Below are positions 1-13,500 of a stretch of 64,000 nt of DNA, piece by piece. Source of the DNA: Podarcis filfolensis (lineage: Eukaryota); NCBI GenBank assembly GCA_964270895.1, contig OZ185435.1. One strand, written 5' to 3'. The first letter of the stretch is position 1; each line of letters opens with the position of its first letter. The translations under genes were made by a program, and so were the position numbers. The notes below the pieces were generated by a model, which saw nothing but the letters and a program-made list of their open reading frames with translations, did not search any database and was not told the origin of the DNA.

Positions 1-1269
1 CCTTAAATTATAGGTCATCTCCACAGAGTTCGTGTACATTCATTTTTGTTTATTTAGCTTGTTTTCAAAACCACTTAAAAAAAATTATATCATGATTAAA
101 ATTAATGAGGATTAGGCAATGATTAATGTACCAGTATTCAGATTCAATAGATTGCTCATGAAATCTCAGTTTTCGTTTTCGTCAGTGGAGTATTTTAAAG
201 TGTTAGGTTGTTTTTTTTTAGAGACTTGGTCCCACCCAAAGCCTGACCTTGAATACTAATTAAAAAACAAAATTGTTTTTGAAAACTTGATTAAAACCTT
301 GCTTTAATGTTTTAGAAATAAACATCCAAGTAACAACAGACCCACTTAAAAACTAACCCAGTCCATAACTCAGGAAGCTAGAATAATACTGTGTTCCGTG
401 GTAGCAAAAACGACCGAGAAGTCCGGGAGAATTGGCAGCATTGAATTTCCCTTGCCTTTCAATTGGGTGAGGTCATCAATCAGGTCAACCAAAACTATTC
501 TGGTGCCAAAACCAGGCTGGACAACAGTTTAAAAGTAATCCAAATATTAGCTGCCTATCAAGAATATCTGACACTAGCTAGTGGTATGCTTTTTGGAACC
601 CAATTTAATATATGGTGCTTCTAAGTCATTATACAATCCAGTTGCTGTCATTCTTTATTTCTTTTTAGTTCATTATGTAAATATATATTGTATAATTTAT
701 TGTGCTCAGAAATTCTTGTACACAAGCTAGAGAGTAACCTGGCCTGAAGTATAAACAGATATGTCTGAAGAGACTATGCAATGGGAATAATGTCAGAACT
801 CTGTTGATGGTGCTGTAAGATCTCCCTTGCTTTCGAGTACCCTAAACTTGTCTGTTTGCTACTTTTCACCTGTGGCTGCTCACTGGATTTTCACCCTCCC
901 GACCTGTCCACAGGCTCAGCTTTACAGGGAATGACAGTGGACCTGTTTGCTGATGTAAACTGGTGTGAGGTATATCTTAAATAGGATCTGGCAGTGCTGG
1001 CCCATGAGCACCAATGCCTATGAAAAGTCTTGTTAAATATTCTACAATGCATGAGGGGCTATGTGCTCTTCTTGTTAAGTTCCTGCTTGCACTGGCTCAA
1101 CCTCTCGTTAATGAATATGCCCCCTTGAACATGCCTACATTTCAGTGAATCACTGAATGCTAGCATTGGGTACCTACCTCCCACCTATTCTGAATAGAGG
1201 AAAGGTACAAAGAACTTGTCTCTGTGAGTAGCAGCACCTGATACAGGTGATAGGGGGGAATCATGCCCA

Positions 1270-1434
1270 CATAATTTTGTGGCCCTGTCTCTTTTTCTGT
1301 TCATTTTGATGTGGCAGCTAATGTCTTATATACCATGCTCTCATGGCAGCCATTTTGTGTTATGTCATAGCATGCAGAGCACTGTGTCAAAATCACTGAT
1401 GTGCCCACTGGCCTGAAATGTTTGGCAACCCCTG
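1270..1434. mobile_element. Decayed hAT-like non-autonomous element fragment
   Basis: Ends in gtttggcaacccctg, a CAGGGG-type terminal motif; ggcagccattttg internal motif. Family from recall only. Confidence 0.35.
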
Positions 1435-2782
1435 TCTTAAAGTGCTGATCCCTTCTGTGCTGTCAGCTGAGGCCTTGTCCAAGGCTTCTTAAAGCCCAAC
1501 TGTAGTTGTAGTTGCTAGATCTATGATCAGCCTTACTTCTCATCTTGCTAATCATTTTTGCCTTGTCTTCTGTAGCTCCCCCCCCCACCCCAATCCATTG
1601 CAAAAATCTCTAATAAATAGACTGGCTTGCGGCTATGGTGGCATTTCCATTTCCATATACAAGTATGGACTGTGGTCATCCTTATCAAACAAAAACAAAT
1701 GTTAATTTTGGTGCCATTAATTGCATCAGCATTGGTAGGTGAAAGGTATGGCACAAAATAGAAATGTGATATGACCAAATTCCTAAAATGGAGGAGAAAA
1801 TAGAGGTTGAAGAAGCAACAAAGATGGAAGTGGAAAGTGGAGGCAGGGAGTAAGTTAGTAAGTTGCAAGTGAAGTAAACAGGATTGAAACATCAATTAAA
1901 AGAAAGTATGAGGCGCAATCTCCTCCCTGCTGTCTCTCCCTCCCATGATGTTTCTTCCTTGCACTGAATCAGTCCTCCTCAGTAGATCACTGGACCAAGG
2001 CAGGCCAGCATGGCTCGTTACCCAGATGCTACCTAATTACACTTGCATGTTTCTGAAAGATACCTTACTAAGGATAGACAGTGAAGGCTCTTCTGTGTCT
2101 CCTATCACCTCTCTGGTACCTGAGAAGATGGATTAATGAGGCCTGAAAAACTCCCCTACAGATGGACTTTGATTCTCCCATTTTTTAGTGATTGGGGGTG
2201 GGAGGACAGAGGTTGGTCACAGAGCTTGCTTCTGTGTCTAGGATAGGATGTGCAGCTTATTTCTTGCTTTCACAGATGCTACAGCTGGCTCAATCTGAAT
2301 TAACAGTTGCATTTCCCCTAGACTCCTCTAGATCTGTGAAAAAGTCAGTTTCTACCATGGCAGCCACAAAGTGTAATCTGTAATGTTTAGTCATTTTGTT
2401 TGATGAAAGACTGAAACTGCAGCCTGTTTTTACTGCCCTTTTCCACAGATGTTTCAAAGCTGCTGCCCCAACTACTTCCATTTTGGTAGTTTCCCATGTC
2501 TTTTGCACAGGAATGGAAAGGGAAACCTGCCCAAAAATGAATCAAAGCCCAACTGGCTGGAAGTTCCAGGTTATTTCTCAAATCCTAACAGATGTTTTTC
2601 TGTTTTCTACCTGAAAGTAAAATCCCATTAAATTCTGTTTTTATAAGGAAGTTCTTGGGGAGGGGGTGTGTGTGTGAGAGAGTGAGGGGGCAGGGGAAGA
2701 AGTGTTGCTTTTCCCCCTTTTGGGCTTTTTTGGGGGGGACATTTTGGTGCTTTGGGGGCTTTTCTTTGATTTCGGCTTTTCT

Positions 2783-2900
2783 TGCCATAAACCCGGGTTT
2801 CCCCAGACATTTTGCTGATTCAGTAAAAATCTGCCCAGACATCATTTTTCTAAGTGATTCCCGGATGTGTCTGGGGAAACCCGGATGTATGGCAGCCCTA
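2783..2900. mobile_element. Short hAT-type MITE or hairpin with a TAGGG(C/T)TGCCA-type end; left terminus clipped
   Basis: 27-bp inverted arms 2783-2809 and 2868-2894 (25/27), right end ...tatggcagcccta. Confidence 0.7.
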
Positions 2901-4811
2901 TGAGAGAGAGATCAGTTGAGTGACAGCATGCTAAAACAAAAAGTAAAGAGCCCTGTGCCTCTGCTCTATTCAACTGGCACAAAATCTTTCCAAGAAATAC
3001 TGAGACATGAAATACTATAAGAAAGATACTAAGGGGCTGATCAATAGAGTTGATCTCAGCTCTGTATATTTTGATCCTGTTGAGCTCAGAGAACAATCCT
3101 CCTATCAACTTCATGGTGTGAAGCGCAAAACCTAGCAGTAGTGGGCTAAACTCAAAGCTTCAGAGGAGTTTCCCATGTTGGGAACCTGGAAGTGTCAATC
3201 GCTGGCCAAGGTTAGTGCTTATCAAGTGGTTTAGCTTTGGGATGCCAATCTCCCTCTTCTGCAGAAATTCATAATGCCTGAACCAAACCTTACTTCATCT
3301 CCTTACCAGTATTTACTCCTGAAAAAAATCCGGTGATCCACAGTGAATTCCCTTCCAGCACCTAAATGGCAGCATACTTCTGTCAAGCACACTTCTCTGC
3401 TTTCACTCACATTGTCAGTCATAATGTATTGTTGCCATATTGCAAAAAAATAGGGTGCACATTGTCAGGAATAACAAATAGGAGAGAGAGTGGGGTTACA
3501 GCAGGTGTGAAGATGAAATGACAGATTTCTTGGGCATGAGGGCACTTTTGGAAATCTAAGAAACTGTTGTGGATACCGCAAAACGCCCATTTCACAGTGG
3601 AAAAACTGGAGATACTCAGAAGCTCCCCCCCCCCCCGGAACATGCAAAACACCTTTATACCTCAAAACAAATTAAAAGCAAGCAACTCCCCTCCCAGTGT
3701 CTAAGGACACTATCATACCCACAAATGCCACACAGAAGTTCCCGGGCCTACAAAGATGCCTGAAGATTAAATAAATCCCTCCTCCACCAGGTGAGGTTTA
3801 CTGTTGCAGAAGCTGAAAATGTTCTATTTTGGCCACAGTAGCTGTCCTGTTCCTCAACAGCCACCAACCTTCTTCGCATCCTGGTTGGAATTCTTTATGG
3901 GAGGCAAGTGTGAAGGACTGTTATAGATTCTCAGATACTAGCATATGAGAACTTTGATATTATCAGTTTGGCTTTTATGTGAGGCTGTTTTGGCCTAATT
4001 CCGATTGTGTCTCTGAAGCTCTCATCTTGCTCTTAGCCAAGTAGTGTGAATCGAAGATTGAGTTACCCTGTGATTCTGTTTTCGGTGATGTGAGGAGGGG
4101 AGGCTTGGCATAAGAGTGTCCCTGCCTTGAAGTAAGGTCGTGGTGAATTAACTGAAGGGCCCTTGATCCTTCTAGCTCTATTAATCTGTTGCCTTTGTCT
4201 AAGCCAGAGTGTGAATTTTGGCATCCAAGCAGAATTCCAGCAGAGCTCCCAAACACTGGCTTGGATGCAACTGTAATTATAGTGGCTTCAGCTTAAAAGC
4301 AATTTATTGCAAAATTTCTCCAGAACAGCCCTCTGATACCATGTCAGCAATGAAGAGCCGATGGTTAAAATTACCTCATTAAAGAGTGGAGTAGTTCTAT
4401 CCTCTTCTATTTAGATTTAAAGGAATTCAGCCCCTCCTTATGTGCAATTAGAAACTGACAGCGTATATTTTGGGTATCACTTGATACCAGGCTGTAATCT
4501 TATGGGCAATAATTTGAGATAACAGTTGCTCTAAATAAATAAACATTGACTCAATGAGAGGACAGAAGTAGTTAACAGTAATTATTGCTTTCCACAAACT
4601 AGCTTCTTCTCATGCCTGTGGTAACTTTAGGTAAGAAAACAGGAGGAAATGAATCCCAAAGAAGGACAGAGGGTGAACAAAAGTGTACTATGGATCCATA
4701 ATATTTCTTCTCCAAATTATATTCCACTGACAATATTGCAAGTAATATTGTTTAGCGTTTGCATCAAATTTTAATATTCTTTCTGCAAAGTTCTTATAAG
4801 GATTAATCAAT

Positions 4812-4876
4812 TAATCCTCCTAGAATCCCTGTGAGGCAGGTAAGTAAATATTATTATCCTTATTTTACAGCATGAG
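4812..4876 (-). mobile_element. MIR/CORE-SINE remnant
   Basis: aatcctc...ccctgtgaggcaggt...tattattatccttattttacag..tgag. Confidence 0.55.
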
Positions 4877-5749
4877 AGTCTTTAAATCATTAAGTACTGA
4901 AATTCTGCTCCTTGTTAGCACAAATCGGGAGTGACCAAATTTTCAAAAAGTGTTCCCTGTAGCAAAAGAAGGCTTATTTCAGCCATCTGTAACTTGTCCT
5001 ACTACTTAACATCCTTGCCTTTGCTGCTTGGTAATTGTACATAAGCTTCTGTAAAACAGCTTGTTTCTAGAGACAGTCATGTAACTACCACATACCTATC
5101 AAGCAGCTGTTCTGGGCCAATCAAGTAAGAAGTTACCTAGATAGCCAATGTAAAATTTGTTTTTGTGAAACTCCAGTTGGCCTTGGTGCAGATGGGACAC
5201 CTGGTCAATGGGGGGGGGAGTGAAATCTATATGCTTATTGGTATGATTGATAAGTGATTAGCTAGGAATAAAATGTGGTTGTTGGGTTGATTCCAGGCTG
5301 GTTAGTTTGATTTAGTTCTGATTTAAATTAGTGTGCCTGGTTCCATGATCAAAAGTCAGTGCAGGGACTCATGCTAATGCTATGGGTCTTTCCCCATTTC
5401 TTCCCCCCACCCACCTCTGCCAAATCCATTCTGGAGGGTCAAGAGAACTCCCAGAACAGCACATGGGGGGGGAGGGGAGGGGAGATCATTCTAGTAGGCA
5501 AGCAGAAATGCTTTTTGCTGATACAATGATCTCCTTAACACCACTTTGAATTTCACTCAGTGAGCCTAAAGTCATGGCTAACTTGCTTTATTTATTCAAT
5601 GGGACTTAAGTTCAACTGATGCAGTCTGGATCCAACCCATTGTTTGATTGCAATTCAGCTTTGAAAATTTAGCTCCAAGGTATAGGATTAGATTCAATGA
5701 CCTCCTAACAAGGGGAAGGCTGGAATGTGCTTCATCACATTTTTAGGGC

Positions 5750-5858
5750 AGGTGAGGTTCACCTCTGGCTCTCAAATCTTTCTGGACTCCCATCATCCCT
5801 TACAATGCTGACTGGGGCTGATGGGAATTGAATTCCAAAAACACAGGTTAGCCATTCC
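5750..5858. mobile_element. Partial hairpin MITE, same family
   Basis: ggactcccatcatccc...gctgactggggctgatgggaattg...caggttagccattcctg. Confidence 0.5.
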
Positions 5859-7005
5859 TGATTTAGGGAGTAAATATAATAAAATATATGATTCTAAGCA
5901 CATTTACTTCCGAGCAAACCCATGAGTAAATGTGCAGAAGAGCAGGCTGCTAGTCTCTTGGATACACACTCTCCAAACAGTGGCCTATTTCTCTTTAAAT
6001 GTCTCTGTATTGGGAAGTTTACTTAGCCTCTGTAGAATTCATCAGTGAAGCATTAGAATATGCAGCACAGAGAAGCTTCTTCCTGCTATTCTTGTACTCA
6101 TGTCAGTCTTTTCTTTGTATCATCTTGGGGTTTCTTGCTTTCTTTTGGCAGAAAAGAGCAGTGAGCTTTCATCAGTTTTCAGTTCATGGCTTTTAATTAT
6201 AAATGAAAAGACGGTGTTAGCTCCCCTCCCTGTGCCCCGCTTTTCTTCCCTGGCCTGAAATTAGAGGGCTCCTAGTGAAGCTTAGTGGTTGAGATCAAAG
6301 GAAAGTTGTGGAATAGCCTAATGTTGGCATAGCAGGATCTGTGGCATTCTGTCTCCCAGCCACTGGATATCTATGCAGCAGAGCTCCTGGGTATGTGGGG
6401 GATGAAATGAAAAACAACTTGTAAACACAAGAAAGAAAGAGAGAACATCAGGAAGGTGATTTTGGTATGACTGTATAACAATCCACACTTACTTAATATT
6501 TACTTTATTTCCCAAACAATCAGCATTTAATAATGTTATTCATTTGTAAACTAGGAACAGCTTTCATGGGTTTCCCAAGCCTTCTCCTACTAGATTTTTA
6601 CAATATCAACAGTATTAGCTGCTCTTAGTCCTTTCCTTGAACCCTTGTGTTTGGATGCCTTATCTTACAAAAGAGGCAGCGGCTGTTGAGTCGCTACCAT
6701 AGTGTGCTTATCATGAGTTAGAGCACCTATCAATAGCATCTCTGTATGGTTACAGCAGCAAAAACTTCAGAACTAGTGTTTTCAGTTCCCAGACCATGTG
6801 GAATGGAAATCTAGTCAAGTGAATTGCCTTTAGAATGATTCCGCAACAGAAAACATGCATTGCGTGGGTAGGCACTTCAGGGGAAGGTGTACCTGTTCCA
6901 GCTAAAAAGAAGAAATTGGTTACAAAGCAAACTATAATTGTTCTTCATTGTAATTCCCCCCCCCACTGTTCATGTGCTTTTACAGTGTGATTTATAGGAT
7001 TTGTA

Positions 7006-7032
7006 CTGTGTGTGTGTTTGTGTGTGTGTGTG
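7006..7032. repeat. Imperfect (TG)n microsatellite
   Basis: Direct inspection. Confidence 0.85.
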
Positions 7033-7310
7033 GTAGGTGGGGAACTTTGAGATAACATGAAAGGTGCTTTATCAGAGAGAACTAGATCAAAGACCTTGTG
7101 TTCTGTTACTAATTTTCTTACAAAATATAAGTTTCTCATTCTTTATATTGGCTTTGATGAGGAGCTGGAATTGTTGAACAGATTTGCAAGACTGACAGAG
7201 GCAAAGACTGAAAGTCCCCTTCTCTTTGTAGGCCAGGACTGCGTGTTAAGCTGAGCTTGTGTGCAAGCAAGCCATTGCAGGGGTGAAGAATTTTTATCAG
7301 CCTAAGGGCC

Positions 7311-7329
7311 ACACACACACACACACACA
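7311..7329. repeat. (CA)n microsatellite
   Basis: Direct inspection. Confidence 0.9.
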
Positions 7330-8976
7330 CAGTGAGGCAGCAGCAAAGCAGATCTGTGCTTGAGTACCTGAGGGATGCTTGATTAACTCCATCCGTACAC
7401 CACAATCCCTCTCTTGGCTCGCTGCCCCCTCTCAATATCCTGCTAAGTGGCAGCAGTACTGCTTCTGGGAGGCTATTGCTGTGGCTTCACCCCACCAGGG
7501 AAGTCATCCCATTGTGACCTGGAAGGAAGGTATGTGTACTGGAGAGAGGGCATGGCTTTGATAGAGTCCTGAGGGTCAAATAGAGAAGGTTGGAAGGCTG
7601 CATTTTGGCACCAGGGCCTGAGCTTTCCACTTATGAGTGTATAATCTCCATAAGGCTTTTAGCTTTGTGTGAAAATTCCACCCATTCAGTGGACCAATGG
7701 GGCATTTATCCTGGTTACTGTCTATGTTCAAGGGGTGGTACATTGCCAAGTGCTCCAACAGATACCATAATTAGAAAAGTAAGAGTAAAATGCACCAGAG
7801 ACATCAGAGACAGCTTTGCGCTTGCCATGTACTCATGAAGAGATGGTGGTGTCCTAGGCTTGAGCCAGAGGGCTGCCTTTAAGGCTCTACACTCTTCAGC
7901 AGGGGTGTAAAGACTTAGAGATTTAGTCAGGCTCAGGGAGCATAAAAGGGCTTAGTTGAGTCTGAGCTTTATTTTTACAAATAATGTGCTCTCTCAGCTC
8001 TGTCCATGGTCCTGAACAACCTCCCACCAGTCCCCCTTGTTCTCTGGAATCCTAATTAGACTTTTGAACCATGATTGTCTGTTTCCTGCCTGTCCTCTTT
8101 CCCTGTCCCAGATTGCTTCCTAGATCTGCAACCCCTCTGACCTACCTATGGGCTCTGCTTTATTAGGACTGGACAGTAAGGGATTGACGGACAAAACCAC
8201 AAAAAATTCAATGGATCATAGAATCCAGGTGTCTGTTGCTGTCAGTGTGAACAATGTAGTAAATCTTCAGGCAGAAATGCAGAACAGCAACAAGTGTAGT
8301 AAATATCCAGGTGGACTTTCAGTGAACATAGTTGTCTGAATCACTCACTTCATACAGTTTTAATTAATTACTATGTGACGGAGGACTGCTTGAGTGAGTC
8401 AGTGTAAGAATGTTCTTTGCAGAAATTAGTATTTTACACTACAGTGTGAGGTGAATGACCAGGCAAAAATTCAACAGTTCCAATTTTTCTAGTCAGTTGT
8501 TGTGTACATATATCCTGATTCTATTTGATAGTTAGGAATTACATGGAGGCTGATACTTACATTGGAGATGTGATCCAGCACCAAAACAAAAAGACAAAGA
8601 GAAGAGGAACATTCTAATTCTTTTTTTAAAAATGCTTAAATTTTAAAGAAGAGTTGAGGCTCTGATATATTCACTCATCCCTCAAGAAGTATGGAAAACA
8701 AGAAATTAAGCTTTTTTAGGGGCATGAACAAATTGCTTAATCCAAAGTGTATTTTGTTGGAGGGCAGAAGAAAGAGAATAATAAGCTATTCTACAGGGCA
8801 TCAAAATGCCTGGAATTATCTCTCTTTCTAAGCAGCTGTTTTACAGGCTGATCCAATGTGCATGATCTGATTTTGGGGCAAAAGCACAACTGACAGTTCC
8901 TGTGTCACCACAAGCAGAGCACTGAGAAACTACCATGGCCATTCCTGTGCCAGCAGCACTTGCCCTGGCTGCAGTG

Positions 8977-9143
8977 AACAAAATAAGATCAGAGGATCCC
9001 TACTGAATCAGTCCAGCATTCCCTTCCTACAGTGGCCAGCCAGATAGCTATGGGAAGCCTGCAAGCAGGACATGAGCACAACAACACTCTTCCCAGTTGT
9101 GATTCCCATTGACTGGCATTGAATGCATGCTGCCTCCAACACT
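8977..9143 (-). mobile_element. CR1 LINE 3' end remnant
   Basis: tccagcatt...acagtggccagccagat...tatgggaagcctgcaagcaggacatgag matches the recalled squamate CR1 3' terminus. Confidence 0.65.
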
Positions 9144-10618
9144 GCCTTTTCAGGCAGTATGAAATATTTGACTGTTCTGCAGAGTGCCACTTTAAAGGCT
9201 TTTCAGGCACTAGTGTCTAAGGAAAGCTGACCCAACCCTTCACCAGTCTTCAGCTTGTAAGGGCTCTGGGTTGGGAAATTGCCCAGTTGGGGGTAGATCA
9301 GAATTAGCCAGCTCTGTGTTGCTAGCTTGTAATGTATGCAAACCCAGACATTGCTTGCACAGCTGGTAGTAAGTAAGAAATATCCTCCCCCCCCCCCAAT
9401 GTTTGGTTTGTGTCTGCCTGTTTTGCTTCTCTGACAAATTGATGGTTAATGAGAATATTCTTTTTATAATGTTTTTTAAAAATATATATAATAGTACAGT
9501 GACACTCCCTAAGTCAGGCTGCTTTTCTTTGATGATCTTAGACACTTGCATATACAAGATGACTGTTTCATAGTGTTGTGATGCTCCAGGATCTTTTGGG
9601 GATATACATGCGGGGAGATAAGAGAGTTATAACTTTACATATATATATATTTAAGAGGAGCCAAAGAAAGAACTATCCATCTTGATTTGTGAGCAGCTAA
9701 GTTTAAATTCTGATTCTGTGATTTAAGGGAACAGCAATCCAATTGAGTAGTTCAGGAAGGAAGGTAGTAATATAGATTGGTGCTTTGTAACCTTCAACAC
9801 TTTCTCCATATCCTGGTTTTTGAATAATGTTGCTGTGCTAGATAGTTCTGTTGAAATAATCCACAAAACATTTGGAAGCTTCAAGGGGTAAACATTGGAA
9901 GTCAAGGCAGTGCTTTGCTTCATGAGCTATGAATGATAGTTAGGTGATTTTGCTCATAGAAGGATGTGAACCTTTCAAAACTGAGATAAAGGAGAACTTG
10001 AATGTAAGAAGGGGCCCTTTCCAGACATTTAAATCATTCAGGTAGCAGGTAGCCTTTTAGTGTCCAACCTCCATTTGAGGTACCACAGCATCTGGTGTGA
10101 AGTAAGATTGTTGTGCTTAGAAGAGGTGCTACTGGTGACACGAGGAGCTAGAATTCAGATACGGGAATGAAACTTATCTGTCATCCCTACAGTTGGTTGC
10201 TGTATGGATTGGGCAGGCTTTTAAAGAACGCTGCATTGAACTCAGTGGGACTTATTGTCAAATAAAGATGCATAGGATCAACTGTAAGACATTTTGGGTT
10301 TTAGTATGATATTTTAACATTGTTACTTGCTGCAAGTTTTTGGAATAAGTCAAGAAAAATATTTAAATTCAAATAATTTAAACAATCTAGTATTCTAGCA
10401 GCAGATCAGGAGGGAATGGAAAGAGACTAACCGTTTTTTTAGCCCACTGCTGATTAAGCCATGAGAAATTCCAAGAATGATGCTTGGATATGTCTGTTCT
10501 GCAGGACCTGTTTTAAATCTGTTTGCTATTCACATCTGTAAAAAAGAGGGACCAACAGCATGAAAAGTATATATAAATATCCAAGATGGTTGAGTAAAAT
10601 GCCAGCATAGCGTAATAA

Positions 10619-10768
<150 letters not shown>

Positions 10769-12927
10769 TAATGGGAGATCTGGAAAAAAGAGGGAGAAAA
10801 GTTTTTGGCTCAGTGGTTTCTCTTCCGTGCAAAATTAATATCTTTAATTATGTTTAACAAACATCCCTGTCAGTGCTAGGGTTGTGTTTTGCATAATACT
10901 ATTAATTCAGGACTGGGGGTGGGGAGACTGGAATTAAAGAGGGGTGTGTGTGCATGTGCTTTAATTAAGAACAAAAATTAATGTCCAGTAGTGGCAAAGT
11001 AATTTAATGTAATACAGTTAATGTCTAGGTTGGGTTGATCTAAGTTACACCACAAGAATGGGACTGTTCTAGTTGCATTATTCTGACAGATGTGAGCATC
11101 TGGTCCTGGGCTGTGATTATTTCTATGGAGAACCTTTGTTCTTTGAAGTTGGAATTTCCCTCATTATAGGCGGCTGAGTCTTCTGGGCTCACTATTGGCA
11201 TAGGAATGCTCTGAAACTAGATTTTGCATCAGTGAGTGACCTGTTCAGGCTTAATGAGACCAAGAAAGGCTGTTTCATTCCCTGTTTCTAACAATATTAA
11301 GAGTGTATATGGCTGGAAGATAAATTTAATAGAATTATTGTTAATGGAATACTTTTGGTGATACCACTAGTCTGTCTTTACCAGAATATGTGCTTCTTTT
11401 CTGTTTGTTCTTTTAAAATTTAAATTCTTCATCCCTAAGAAACTTCTGTTAGAAAGAAAAGATGAACTATTCTACTTCTAGATGAATTTAGGAACAATTT
11501 GGTTATTGCATGGGTTTTAAGAAATATCCTTTCCTTTGTATTTGTCTTTATAAGCATGTTGCATCCTTACAGCCCCTGATGTCCAGTCCAGGCAGCAGAT
11601 TAGTGGAGAGTTTTTGTCTTTCCCAAATGTCAACTTACTCATGGAGTCCAATATTTTATGTTCATTGATACACTAGTGAAAATATGTAAACCATTAATTT
11701 ACATATTAATAAATATATTAAACTCTTGTTAGGAACCCTATTTACAGGCAAAATGACTGAGGCAAGTGCTCAGTGTAAGTTGATTTTCGTTGCATTTGGT
11801 TGTCTCTGACTGTATTTACCTCTTTTTTCTCTCACTCTCCTACCCAGTTTAGTTCAGTTTATTTTTTGCGGCTAAAGCTTTTTATTTTGTATATTCAGGG
11901 AACTGGCCCCTTTTTTCTGCAGCTGCTCTTCATTTGAGCAGTGCAGAATTGAGAGGCATTTGGTAAAGTGCTTTCTAATCATAACGTAATACTATCAATA
12001 TTTCTAGAGAGAATAATTCAGAATTGAAGCAGCTGGTCTCAATTAACAGAACTGCTGCTGTGGAGATGATACATGGGCAGGCATGGTGGAGAATGAAACT
12101 GCAATAAATGTGTCATTTGAGTCTGCATTGCCCTATCTAAGGGACTGGGTTGTGGGTGGATTGCTAAGTGTAGGCATATGGATTATTCTCTGAGTGTCCA
12201 CTTGGGCTTCCTAGCTTGCTAAATTCAGACACATTTTTCACAGCTCTTGCTTTCAAGATGATTCTGTAACATTATTTCCAAGCAGCCTTTATTACTGGTG
12301 TCGAGCAGTTGACTAAAGGTATGACTCTGAGGCCCTTGTAATGCACTGGGAGAGTTATACCCTTGCCAGGCATAAATTATCATTTCTCTGCTAGAATAAG
12401 TGTGTAAATTTGTTCAGAATTGTTTCTCTGGCACTACACTTCTGTAAAAGAGAAAGTCATGCAAGCCTGCTGTGCCTATTAAAGTATATCTTTTCTTAGT
12501 ACGCTTACAATTTGCAGCCAGTACCATGGGCCGTTGCTACTGCTGCTGAAAGCAGTTCAGGTCAAGGTTGAAAGTGAAACAGCCTGAGGTTCTACATGTC
12601 CTGAAGTGCACGAAAAGAAGAGCTGTACAATGTACACTGTTAACAAAATGTTGTGGGCAATCTCTCACATCATGGTTTCTCAAATATTGTACTTAAGAAG
12701 ACAACTTTTCAGGTTATCCCAAGTAAAATATGTCCTCAGTTCATGCTTCCATTGAACTGAGCAAAGTGGGGACTCATATGTCTTGCCTCTGGTCAAATGG
12801 GCAAGTTTTACATGCATTTAGAACCTCTTGATCTCTCCACAAGGGTGATGAAGTGGTTCCCTATTAAGATGTTATTCTGAAAGTACAGTATAAACGGAGG
12901 TGGAAACTTTCTAAAAAGGATCTTTAC

Positions 12928-13500
12928 AGAAAAACAAAAGAGGACTTCTGCTGGATCAGACTAAAGGTCCAGTAATCTGTTGCTAACACTGACCTACCAG
13001 ATTCTTCTGGAAAGCCTAGCAGCAGGGCGCAAAGGTATCAAAAGGTTGCACTATATTTTTGGTGTCAGATTAAAACTTTCTTCTGCTTCTGGCCATTTGA
13101 TGGCATGTAATGGGCTGGGGGGGTTAGTTATTATTTTTCTGTTTGTTTTTGGTTAATTTTATATTCTGCCAGTTTTTCTTTTAACTTTTTATGGTGTGTA
13201 TGCTTTTAGTGTTACAGAGATTGATTGCTATTTTATTGTTTAAACTCTTAAATTTTATAGTTCTGTAAGTTGCATTGGGTCTTTTTTATTTTAGAAAGGC
13301 AACTAAGAAATGTGATGAATAGTACTAATAGTTTTGTCTCTAGTGTCTGGTTTTCAGAGCTACCCTGCCACTGAACATGAGGATTTCATTTCTCCATCAT
13401 GGCTTAGTCAGCAATGATAGGACCATCCCTGTTTGTCTGATTCCTTTTGTAAAAATAAGCTAAGGTAGTTCCATCACCACATCTTTGGACAGTGAAGTGT
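12928..13500 (-). mobile_element. Old CR1 3' remnant (12928-13035 and 13330-13500) split by an L2 fragment
   Basis: ctgctggatcagactaaaggtcc... resumes as ctggttttcagag...ccatcatggct...ccatcaccacatctt after about 270 bp of L2-like sequence. Confidence 0.55.
13061..13325 (+). mobile_element. L2 LINE 3' end remnant
   Basis: ggtgtcagattaaaactttc, T-rich body, tgtaagttgcattgggtc...gaaaggcaactaagaaat tail. Confidence 0.55.

Noticed and set aside
389-424. Possible Penelope terminal fragment (gtagcaaaaacgaccgagaagtcc)
   Set aside because: Too short and degenerate to call.
4791-4845. 49-nt pseudoexon using a perfect CAG|GTAAGT donor in the MIR remnant
   Set aside because: The acceptor is a weak AAG and the donor is repeat-derived; no evidence of use.
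7744-8191. Possible minus-strand solo LTR
   Set aside because: Only TG/CA ends and a TATA-like motif; no TSD or terminal inverted repeat.
12598-12616. CTGAAGTGCACGAAA, hammerhead-like
   Set aside because: Lacks the CUGANGA core (reads CUGAAGU), has no real stem II and no stem I pairing.
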